Of a stretch of 27,125 bases of DNA, positions 8,356-17,600 are shown piece after piece. Below the pieces are notes generated by a model that made no database searches, had not been told where the DNA came from, and saw nothing but the letters and a program-made list of their open reading frames with translations. The stretch covers positions 1 to 27,125 of IMG/VR virus record IMGVR_UViG_3300017737_000069; one strand, written 5' to 3'. The stretch comes from a virus (lineage: Duplodnaviria > Caudoviricetes). Each line of letters starts with the position of its first letter. Positions within the stretch are counted from its first letter, which is position 1. Made by a program: the position numbers and the translations under genes.

Positions 8356-9474
8356 TTAAGCTACTGATTGAATTTTACAATGGTATGAAGGAGGTCCGAA
8401 CTCGAATCCCATCTCCATATAAATTGCTTTACCAATTCTAGCGTTTGCATCTTGGTCAATGTCACGTACGAACACAGTTCCATATCCTGGGATATTTGTG
8501 AATACTGGTTGTATGTAAGCTAAGTCTAAGATGAAAGCAGTGCCTGTTGGCATGATATCTGGGTCAATAACCATCAATCCGATTGAACCGAATGGTGTAA
8601 TGACTGTATCAATATCTATACCAGCAACATTTCTATCTCTAGGAATGATTGCTCCTGCTATATCAACTGTACCTTTAACAAGCTCGTTGTTAAGGTCTAG
8701 TAATTGCTTTGGACTAACGCATAGTACAGGTTGCGACATTGGAGCATGGTTGTCATACATTCTCTTTAACGCACCTGATATAGTTGCGAAAGAGATGACT
8801 TGACTTGAACCAGTTCCGTCACCTGAAGCGTCATTGTAGAAACAGTTACCACCTAATGGGTTAACTGCAGCAGCGTTGTTAGCGTTCTTGCCTATGGTAA
8901 TCCATACATCAAGACCGTACATTTCTCTTGTTCCTGACCCAGGTGTTACGTTAGCACCATCTGAGAAAGAACCATTGAATGCAAACCACTCAACTTCTCT
9001 TGCTACTTTTTCCATTGCTTTTTCCATCTGGAAAGCAAATTCGTCTGCCACTGGGCTACCACCAAATAAAGCCAATTTGTCACCAGCTGTTGTTGTTCCG
9101 TCTCCGTCTGAAGAGTTCGCAGCGTTTGCTGATAAATCAAATGGGTTTTGATTTTGGGTAGATGCCAAAGCGGTATAGGTCATTTGTACACCTTTATGAA
9201 AAATCTGAGTTACATATGTGTATGCAGCTCTGTCTCTTCCAAGGTATTCTGTAGGTGCTGCACCTTCTTGTCCTTTAGTTGGTTCAGATGAAACGGTAGC
9301 ATTATCTTCTACTTGGACTTGCCAAAATGTAGAGTTTAATGTCTTACCACCGTTTAATCCACCAGCTGCGGATAATAAAGGTGTTCTTTGACCACCGACT
9401 TTGAACAATTCACCAGCGAAGTTATTAATATTTTGTGCATAAATCGTACTGTTTGTTAACGATATGTCTGCCAT
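8356..9474 (-). CDS. Major capsid protein (HK97 fold; resembles SU10-MCP/DUF5309 type)
   Basis: 372 aa after scaffold; SD AGGAG; TPLLS, TQIFHKGVQMTYT, MEKVAREVE, REMYGL, TVITPFG motifs. Confidence 0.85.
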   Translation of the reverse strand: MADISLTNSTIYAQNINNFAGELFKVGGQRTPLLSAAGGLNGGKTLNSTFWQVQVEDNATVSSEPTKGQEGAAPTEYLGRDRAAYTYVTQIFHKGVQMTYTALASTQNQNPFDLSANAANSSDGDGTTTAGDKLALFGGSPVADEFAFQMEKAMEKVAREVEWFAFNGSFSDGANVTPGSGTREMYGLDVWITIGKNANNAAAVNPLGGNCFYNDASGDGTGSSQVISFATISGALKRMYDNHAPMSQPVLCVSPKQLLDLNNELVKGTVDIAGAIIPRDRNVAGIDIDTVITPFGSIGLMVIDPDIMPTGTAFILDLAYIQPVFTNIPGYGTVFVRDIDQDANARIGKAIYMEMGFEFGPPSYHCKIQSVA

Positions 9475-9493
9475 TTTTATCTTCTCCTATAAA

Positions 9494-9973
9494 TTATTTT
9501 TTATCTTGTTGTTTAAGAGTTTCCATCATACGCAATTTTGCATTGATAGAATCTCCTGGTTTTGTGTTGGAATTTCTAACAAAATTTATAAATTCTTGAC
9601 CTACGTCTGTAGGCTCAGCATTTACACCAAGTTTATTTAGCTGCTCTACACGCGATTGAGCTTCTACTACATTACCTGCTTGTTGAGGTACTGCTGCTGG
9701 TTCAGCATTAATAGCATCACCAAACTCATTTTGTACAAAGTCTTTGATAGATGTTACATCCATCTCGCCCTCATATAATTTAGTTACAGCTTTACCAATA
9801 CCTTTTTCAGGTTCTAGTCCTAATGACTCTAAAGCGCTACCCATAGCCTGAGCCTTGAATGCTTTGTTCTCAGCTTTGAGTTTTTTAAACTCATCCCTAA
9901 GTTGCTTTATATTATCATTAGAATCTTCAGCTTGTTCTGTAGCTGCTTGGTCTAAGTTGTTTATATCTTCCAT
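9494..9973 (-). CDS. Capsid scaffolding protein (putative)
   Basis: Start moved to ATG 9973 (GGAG 6 nt upstream). Acidic N-terminus plus coiled coil IKQLRDEFKKLKAENKAFK; directly upstream of the capsid gene. Confidence 0.7.
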   Translation of the reverse strand: MEDINNLDQAATEQAEDSNDNIKQLRDEFKKLKAENKAFKAQAMGSALESLGLEPEKGIGKAVTKLYEGEMDVTSIKDFVQNEFGDAINAEPAAVPQQAGNVVEAQSRVEQLNKLGVNAEPTDVGQEFINFVRNSNTKPGDSINAKLRMMETLKQQDKK

Positions 9974-9989
9974 TTTTATCTCCATCTTT

Positions 9990-10133
9990 TCTCTAGCATA
10001 TAAATAATCCCATAACATAATCGCTAGGTAATTAAAGGGATTTCACAAGGGTTTAAAAATACAGACAACACACCTTGGTAGTGCTATCGAAATGCAGCCC
10101 TATCTTTTAAGTGCCGATTCCTGCCAGGCACTA
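9990..10133 (-). ncRNA. Candidate structured cis-regulatory 5' leader of the scaffold/capsid operon
   Basis: Hairpins at 10110-10132, 10064-10088 and 10006-10042, plus possible pseudoknot (10023-10027 with 9993-9997); longest truly non-coding gap in the window. Confidence 0.45.
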
Positions 10134-10138
10134 CAATT

Positions 10139-10149
10139 AGTATAGCAGA
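10139..10149 (-). promoter_or_regulatory. Extended -10 promoter TCTGCTATACT
   Basis: TGn-TATACT immediately after the stop of 10151..11191, upstream of the leader and scaffold. Confidence 0.65.
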
Positions 10150-10150
10150 T

Positions 10151-11191
10151 TTATGCCTCTGTCAAGCCACTTACTGCACCTTGTTGAGTTTTCTTTGCAC
10201 CTATCTGTACAGCACTTTCAGACTCTGCTTGTGCTGCTAGTGTTGAAACTTGTTCTGCAAATTGTGTATCAGGTGCTGCACCCATCTCTGCAAACTCTAA
10301 TGCTGAGTATTCTGTCTTAGCTCTACCGAATCTTCTAGCTAATCTTGAAGCAGTCATAGCTCTAGCAGTAGCTGTTTCAAACTCACTAGCTGCTCTTTGT
10401 GAAGTGATACCTCCACTAACAAGTCTTTGTACTGCGTTATAATCTATTTCTTCTCCACTAACTCTTTCAAACGTTGCACTTATCTGTGATACGTTTAATC
10501 TTTTAGAAAGTATTTGTGCATTAACTTCAGGGTCTATAGCAATAGCAACTAAAGCTGATTCACTCATATCTACAGTCTCTCCTAATTCATCAGAGTAATA
10601 CTGTGAGTATTGTCCAAGAACTTGTGCTTTCTGTTCTTCAGGTAATGAAGTTATAGTATCTGATACTGCTTTAACTCTATTTCTTAACTCATCAGGACTA
10701 ACATTGTTAGCTAATAATTTAGGAAATATTACATCTAAGTTTTCTTTTGCATATCCACCTAAGTCATACTCTTGTAAATGAATAGCAACAGCTTCTTTAT
10801 TCTGTAAGTACTGTGCTTCTGTCATTCTTAAACTTCCATCAGCTCTTTTAATACCTTCAAACATTTCGCTGTATTCAACTGTTGAACGCATATTTGCTAG
10901 GGCAAACTCTGCTTTACCTGTATCAATAAAACCTTGTGTATAAGAATCTATTAGTTTCTCTCCACGTACTGGGTCTAACTTTGTGATGTATGGCAATAAT
11001 ACTTTGGCTTGTTCTCTGCTATAAGGAGATAGGTCTTCTTCTTTAATAGGAGTAGAGTCTGTTATTTCTCCACCGCCACCAAAATCTTGTATCTGTGGTG
11101 TACGTTGGTAACCAGATTTTTCTAATTTTTTTGCTTCTGCTTCGGTTACATCATAAAAACCTTCAAGGTCTTTACGGTACATCTTAACCAT
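10151..11191 (-). CDS. Putative internal virion (ejection) protein
   Basis: 346 aa, helical; FEGIKRADGSLRMTEAQYL motif; in the block between portal and scaffold. Confidence 0.55.
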   Translation of the reverse strand: MVKMYRKDLEGFYDVTEAEAKKLEKSGYQRTPQIQDFGGGGEITDSTPIKEEDLSPYSREQAKVLLPYITKLDPVRGEKLIDSYTQGFIDTGKAEFALANMRSTVEYSEMFEGIKRADGSLRMTEAQYLQNKEAVAIHLQEYDLGGYAKENLDVIFPKLLANNVSPDELRNRVKAVSDTITSLPEEQKAQVLGQYSQYYSDELGETVDMSESALVAIAIDPEVNAQILSKRLNVSQISATFERVSGEEIDYNAVQRLVSGGITSQRAASEFETATARAMTASRLARRFGRAKTEYSALEFAEMGAAPDTQFAEQVSTLAAQAESESAVQIGAKKTQQGAVSGLTEA

Positions 11192-12537
11192 TATATGCTC
11201 CTAACTACTGGTCCACCCATGGACTTGTTCATCTCACTTGCTAAGTTGTAAGCAAAGAACTCATTGTTACTATTGTATGCTTTTTGTCTAAAGTTTTTAC
11301 CAGCATCTTGAAAACCATTATTAAGTTCTTCTAAGAACTCTGTGCTAGTTTCATCAGGATTATCTCCGTATATAGATGCGTATAGTTTAAGGTATGGACC
11401 AACTATCTTTCCATAGTTAAGACCTTTACCTGCATACTTTTCAAAGTAAGGGTTGTTATCAAATATAGTTTGTAGATACTCTTTAACACTCTCTTCACCT
11501 TCAGTTGCATACAGCGTAGCTATAGTTCTCTTTTCACTTTCAGCTAATCCATTGTATACACCTGCACCGAGAATCTCTGTTCCCTTTGCCTGTGCTTTAT
11601 TGTTAAAGATATAGTCTGATAAATCTAATCCTGAACTATCAACATTAAGTTTATCTGCAACATTGTTAAACAACGGTGCTAAGGTATCTTCAGAACCTAT
11701 TGCATAGCCATCTAGGTTTTCAACATAACCAATAAAGTTTTTAAGTAACCCAGCAGATATGTCTCCCTGTACAGCTATATTTAATAACCCCTCATAAGTA
11801 TCTGAATTATCTACTTTATATTTATTAGGATTCAAACCTAGACTAGCTAATGCACTGTCTAGTTGTCCAGCTCGTGTAACCTTCAAAGCTAATAACTTTT
11901 GATTTGGTTTGCCTGATATTGTGTAACCTGATTTTCCTAAAGCGTTTAAATATTGTATCTTTTCATTTGTGTAAGGAGCTTTGAGTGCAATTAATCTAGG
12001 GTCAGTTTCATCAATAGGAACTCCACTTACTACTGAATCAAAGAGTAGTGACATTCCTGGATATTCAACATTACCCTGTTCATCGACAACAGATTCAAAA
12101 AAGAATGGTGCTACGTCTTCATACATAGCTATTCTGTCTTCAAACTGTTCTCCAGGATTCCAACCATCAAGCAAGTTATAAGAGCTTGATATCTGTTTTA
12201 TATCTAAGATGTCATCTCCAACTAAGTTGCCTGGTGCTGTTGTTACTGCTTGTGGACCAGTTCTATTCTCTCCACTAGGTGTGTCATTAAAACCATTAGG
12301 GTTATATCTAGTACCTGCTCTGTAAGCTAACCAACTTGTACCGTCTGCTTCATCTAAGTTTCCAGAGATATCCCATAACCAATAGTAAAAATTACCATCA
12401 TAATAAACTTGTTCAGGAGTAGGCTTTTGTGAATGACCAGTATAATTATTGTACGTAGGAGTATAATTCTCTTCTTCAGAACCTAATGTTTGTTCTACCG
12501 TTGAACCATCATCTAAAGTTATATTACTTGTCGACAT
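11191..12537 (-). CDS. Putative internal virion protein
   Basis: 448-aa acidic protein, coupled to both neighbours. Confidence 0.55.
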   Translation of the reverse strand: MSTSNITLDDGSTVEQTLGSEEENYTPTYNNYTGHSQKPTPEQVYYDGNFYYWLWDISGNLDEADGTSWLAYRAGTRYNPNGFNDTPSGENRTGPQAVTTAPGNLVGDDILDIKQISSSYNLLDGWNPGEQFEDRIAMYEDVAPFFFESVVDEQGNVEYPGMSLLFDSVVSGVPIDETDPRLIALKAPYTNEKIQYLNALGKSGYTISGKPNQKLLALKVTRAGQLDSALASLGLNPNKYKVDNSDTYEGLLNIAVQGDISAGLLKNFIGYVENLDGYAIGSEDTLAPLFNNVADKLNVDSSGLDLSDYIFNNKAQAKGTEILGAGVYNGLAESEKRTIATLYATEGEESVKEYLQTIFDNNPYFEKYAGKGLNYGKIVGPYLKLYASIYGDNPDETSTEFLEELNNGFQDAGKNFRQKAYNSNNEFFAYNLASEMNKSMGGPVVRSI

Positions 12538-13243
12538 CTACTTCCTCTCCAAATTGACTTAATAGATTGTTAAATTTTATTCTAGCAAGGTATTTACCTT
12601 GTTTCTTTCTTAGAGTTGATTCTCTTGCAGTACTTACATCTTCTGTAAAAGGTATAGTTTTACCATCATCAAGAGGTCTGCCTGTACCTGGTTCATAGCC
12701 TGGTGTATATATTCTATTTACGTCTACAGCATCCGAAGGTACTTCTGTTTTTTTAGGAATAGTAAAATCTTTTGAAAACTCAAAGTATGCAGGTTCTTTA
12801 TTTACAATAGACCAGGTTGACCATATATCATATCCTCTATTGTTTTGCATAAGAATTACAGCTGCTTTAGCTGCGAGTTTTGTATCTGTAGAAAGTAATT
12901 CAATTAACTTATTTTTTTTAATGTCTTTAAACTCTGGGACATAAGGACTATTTATAAGAGTTACATCTCCAGAAGCTGTAGTATCTTTACCCCATACAGG
13001 CATAAAAACTTGTACTGGCGAATAAGACTCTTCATCTCCTAATGCTTTACCCATACTAGGTCCATCAAGATTAACGTCATCACCTTTTCTCCACTCTGCT
13101 GCAGAAATAGCAATTATATTTCTTAATGCTTGTACATCTTCAGAAGGGTCTTCTTTTAATTCCATACCAGATTCTTTAAGTTCAACTGCAACTTCAACGA
13201 GTAATCTTGCCCACTCTTCCCAAGGTATTTGCTGGTCTTCCAT
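12524..13243 (-). CDS. Lysozyme-like / lytic transglycosylase (SLT-type) domain protein, probably virion-associated
   Basis: IIAISAAE (catalytic Glu position), GDEESYSPVQV (compare SYGLWQI), LAAKAAVIL, GYDIWSTW (compare WSTY). Confidence 0.6.
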   Translation of the reverse strand: MEDQQIPWEEWARLLVEVAVELKESGMELKEDPSEDVQALRNIIAISAAEWRKGDDVNLDGPSMGKALGDEESYSPVQVFMPVWGKDTTASGDVTLINSPYVPEFKDIKKNKLIELLSTDTKLAAKAAVILMQNNRGYDIWSTWSIVNKEPAYFEFSKDFTIPKKTEVPSDAVDVNRIYTPGYEPGTGRPLDDGKTIPFTEDVSTARESTLRKKQGKYLARIKFNNLLSQFGEEVDVDK

Positions 13244-14655
13244 TATCTCTTACTAAATGCTGCTATTACAGAAGCTATACCCTTACGATAAGCATTTTCT
13301 TCTTGACCTGCATCTATTAAATCTCCATACTGTGACTTGACATAATTTTGTAATTCATAATTGAATGCTGAACTTATTCCCTCTTCTGTCATTGGAGCGT
13401 CTATCTCATATGTCTTTTCAGGTAAGCCAAACTTCTTTCTTCTCAAAGCATCTTCTTGTGCCATACGTGTTTGATTTCTATATTTACGTTGACCCTGTTG
13501 ATAACTTTGTGTTAACTCTCTTATTTTTCCTGAAGCCCATTCCTGTACACCATAATACAAGGTATCATTAGGTGTTACACCAGCTATGGTTGTTACAGCA
13601 GTATCTATCTGTTGTTTTAAGTTATCAGGACTAGGCATGACGATAATACTTGGACCTTGATTCATAGTATCTACATCTGAAAAGCCAATGTCATCTAATC
13701 CATCTAAGTAAAAGTCTCTTATAAAACCTAAGAAAGCTGTGTTGTTTCCACCTGAAGCTAGTGCTATTTCTTGTAAATCATTAGAGTCTATTCCAAACTG
13801 TGCTTTAGGATTCATGTAACTAAAGGATGCTTTAACTGCTTCTTTAGTTGCTGTATCATATTCTCCTGATGTAAATGTACCTGGGTCTAAAAATCCTGAC
13901 TGTACTAAAGCTAATTGATAATCTATAACTCTATCAGAAGGTATGTTTTGTAGAAACGTTTCTTCTAATCCTATGTTATATAGAGGTACTAAGTTCTCAT
14001 TACCAGAAGAAGCTCTTAAGTCTTCTACTGCATTTGCTGAGTCTATACCGTAGTAACCAACTTCATTACCGAAAAAGAATGCTTGTTCATAAGCATACTC
14101 TGCGTTATTTATTTGCCTACTTAAATCTTCTGCTGAATCTATTGATGCAAGGTTTTGTAATAACTTATCGGTATTACCTGTAGATTGATATTCTCCAAAG
14201 GCTTCTGCTCTTAACTCTTCTACAGTTTTAGGTTTAATTTCCCCTTGTACTCTACGCCTAGATGTTTCTGCTACTTGTTGAACTATGTTATTTGTATAAG
14301 CGATAATAGATTCTTCTGCTGCAGATACTGGTGTCTCTGTTTCTCTTTGAGTATCTATCTCATCAGGAGTTCTAGTATCTACAGAACTAACACCACGTTT
14401 AAAATCACTAATACTATTAGCTAAACCTTCTCCTAATGCAAATCCTATCTGTGCTTCTGGTGTAGTTGGATAAGCATTTAGTGCTTCCATTCTTAATTCA
14501 TCAGGTAAGTTAGATAAAAATTCGTGTAATTTAAGACCAAGGTTATAACCAAGCTGTGCTTCTGGTGCAGCTATAAGCATTTGTACATCTGATTGTTCGC
14601 TTCTACTTGCCCAAGCTATACCTAGTCTTTCAAAAAAACCTTTTTCTTTTGCCAT
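13243..14655 (-). CDS. Putative internal virion protein with possible peptidoglycan-binding-like motif
   Basis: 470 aa; VIDYQLALVQSGFL..GEYDTATKEAV resembles the PG_binding_1 pattern (V..LQ..L...G....G.YG..T..AV). Confidence 0.55.
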   Translation of the reverse strand: MAKEKGFFERLGIAWASRSEQSDVQMLIAAPEAQLGYNLGLKLHEFLSNLPDELRMEALNAYPTTPEAQIGFALGEGLANSISDFKRGVSSVDTRTPDEIDTQRETETPVSAAEESIIAYTNNIVQQVAETSRRRVQGEIKPKTVEELRAEAFGEYQSTGNTDKLLQNLASIDSAEDLSRQINNAEYAYEQAFFFGNEVGYYGIDSANAVEDLRASSGNENLVPLYNIGLEETFLQNIPSDRVIDYQLALVQSGFLDPGTFTSGEYDTATKEAVKASFSYMNPKAQFGIDSNDLQEIALASGGNNTAFLGFIRDFYLDGLDDIGFSDVDTMNQGPSIIVMPSPDNLKQQIDTAVTTIAGVTPNDTLYYGVQEWASGKIRELTQSYQQGQRKYRNQTRMAQEDALRRKKFGLPEKTYEIDAPMTEEGISSAFNYELQNYVKSQYGDLIDAGQEENAYRKGIASVIAAFSKR

Positions 14656-17600
14656 TAATATCCCTCGCCTGATGTAAATACATCACTAAATTCTTCTTCT
14701 ACTTCATATCTTAGTATGTCATCATAGACATAGTAAAAGTCTGGATACTCTGAGAACAACTGTTGTGCTAGTTGTCTAAGACTATTCCTAAAATAAGAAT
14801 ACTCATCTCTTCTTAAAGTTGCACGTATTCCGTCTTTTTGTTTAATTATAGATAGAATCTTATTTCGCTCTTCTAAGTATACAGATAAACCTTGCATGGT
14901 TGGTAAATCTTTTAACAAAGTAGTTTCACCATTGGGTAGGTTTATAGTTTGATTGCCTTCATTTTCAATCATGTATTCTAGTTGACGTAACTTAGCATCT
15001 GAATCTATGCTCTTTGCAGCAGTAGATACTGTTCCGTAACCTGGATATTCAACTCTTAATGCATTTCTAAGTTCAGTAAGTATCTGATACTTTCTCTCTC
15101 CACTAAGGTTATTGTGTATACCTGAATCAAATAACAATCTTCTTTGGTATTCATAGGCTAATCTACCTTGTGATTGTCTGACTGCAGTAATATATTCATC
15201 TTCTGATAAATCAACTCTATCTCTTTCTGCAAAAGAATCTGCCCAAGCAACAAAGTTAAACTCATCTAATGGGTTATCTGGGAATAAGAAGTAACCTACA
15301 TCTGGATATGTGTCCATAAACTCTTCATTATCTTGATAGAATCTAGTTCCTTCATCTGTATAGCTTCTCTTCTTTATTTCTTTAGACTTAGAAACTAACA
15401 ATGCAGTAGGGTCTAAACCAAATTGATTAACAAATTCAGTGGTAGCTTTAATCTGGTCTCCTCTGTATTTAGCTAATATTCTGTAATAAGCGTCTGACAA
15501 TACTGATATTCCATAGAAATGATGTTTAGGGTCTTCATCTTTTGTTTTAGCAGGGTCTATATGTATAGCTCCACCTGGTGCAACTTCTACTTCATAACGG
15601 ATTACAGCACCTGTTGGAGCTGCAAACTGTATCAATGACCTAATTAAAGTTAGAGTAGTAGCTGTGCTTTCAGCTTTCTCCATAGCTATTTTTGCTTTAG
15701 CTGGTGTACTGTCATCATATAATCCTGTAGTAACAAACATTTTAATTACATCTTTGTAAGTATTAGCGTATGTTCTATTAAGTTCTGTATTGTTAGAACC
15801 TATAGACAATGCTTTCTTAAGCCATGAAGGTACTAAAGCATCTGCAAATGTATAAGGATTTAAAGGACTATCTTCTTCTCTACCATAGGGAAAGAATACT
15901 TTATCTATTAAATCAGTCTTAGGTAATAACTTACCTGCAGGTATTCCTACCAATGGTCCTAGACCTGGTGCAGGGTTACCAGCAATCATGTTCAATGAAG
16001 ATACATAACCTTTGAGATTTACTTTTGCATCTGGTGCTTCTATAACTTCTCCTGTGACTGGATTAGTAACAGTTCTAGAGTCTTTGTTTCCATCAAACAT
16101 GTAATTTGATAGCATCTCAGAACCAGGAAAGAAGAACATCTCTTCTCCTGTCATATCATCTGTATGAAAGAATCCTTCGTCATCATCATCTAAACTTAAT
16201 TTTCTACCACCTTCTATACCTCGTGACATTTTACGTGTCATAAGGAATTTCTTTTTGTTTAATAATCTTGACCAAGTTCCTAGTATCTCTATGTAAACTT
16301 CTGCGAATGGGAAAGCTAGTCTTAACATGTCAGATACAACATGTCTTTTGTTTAAGTCATACAATAACCCTTTAGTCTCTGTCATTGCATAGGCTTTTGC
16401 TACATTGTCTAATTCATCTAAGCTATCTAGGTTAAGTAACTTACCTTCATCAGCAGTAACCTTACCTGTTTTTTCTAGCTTCTTCATAAAAGATTTATCT
16501 AACTTAGAACGTTGTGCTTGTTTCTTAATTTGTTTTCTTAATCCATCATCAAAATAAGCCATGTTCTCTTCTATGAATCTCCAGTAGAACTGTCTAAAAG
16601 CAGGAGAACGTGACAATCTATTTGTAGGAGCTGACATAACTATAGAGAATAATCTTTCTATAGCAGCGTCATAGGAGTTAATTCTTTCTCCATCTAAATC
16701 GTATACAGACTTCTTCATAGTGTGATGAGGTTTATATATTTGTTGTTTATTATCTAATCTACCTAAGTATGCTTGATATTTCTTTTTATCTCCTATAGTT
16801 CCATTTCTACCAAAAGTAATTTGTTCATCACCTATTTGTAGATATACAGGTCTACCACCTTGCTGTGTAACTCTATCTAATTCTGCACCTTTAGCTATAT
16901 GTTCTAGTAATTCACTATTACCAGTTTCTGTAAGCTCAAACTCTATTCGTGATTGTGCAGACTTTCTTGTTCTAGTCTGACCAATAACATCATCAAATAA
17001 TCTTTTAGTACCATCAGGTAATATCTCATATACTTTGTAAGCACCACCAGTCTTATAATGAACTCTTGCATATACAGAATCTATGTAATCATCTGCCCAC
17101 TGTCTATCGTTTAGTATCTTAATCTTTTGATACTTACCAGCTTCATCAGACCCATACGCTAAAGCATTTCTCCAATCTGATAAGTCACCTTCCCAAAATC
17201 TATCTTTAACATCTTGTAACCCAGCTCTAAATGCAGGGTCATCTATACCACCTTTTATAGCTGCTAATTGCTGTGCTATTGGGTCATCAACCATTTGATA
17301 TATTTCAGATACAGCAGAACCAGTAAAGCCATCTTCACCATACTTAACTTGTTTCATAGCCCAAGTTCTCTTTAGTTTATCTGTATCTAAGATACCTCCA
17401 TGAGATTTAGACATTGAGGCTTGATGTTCAAGAGCTTGTCCTAATACACCATTATCTCTAATACCAAATTGTCCTTTGGCTATAAGTGCATCAATGTTTA
17501 GATTCTCTACATCACCAAGTTCATTCAATACTTGTTTTCTGTTCTTACCCATAATCCAAGCAAATGCTGATATAGGGTGTGTAAATACGTTATCTAAGTC

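Noticed and set aside
9974-10018. N-terminal extension MLWDYLYAREKMEIK of the scaffold ORF
   Set aside because: No SD at 10018; GGAG sits 6 nt before ATG 9973, and the extension overlaps the predicted RNA structure.
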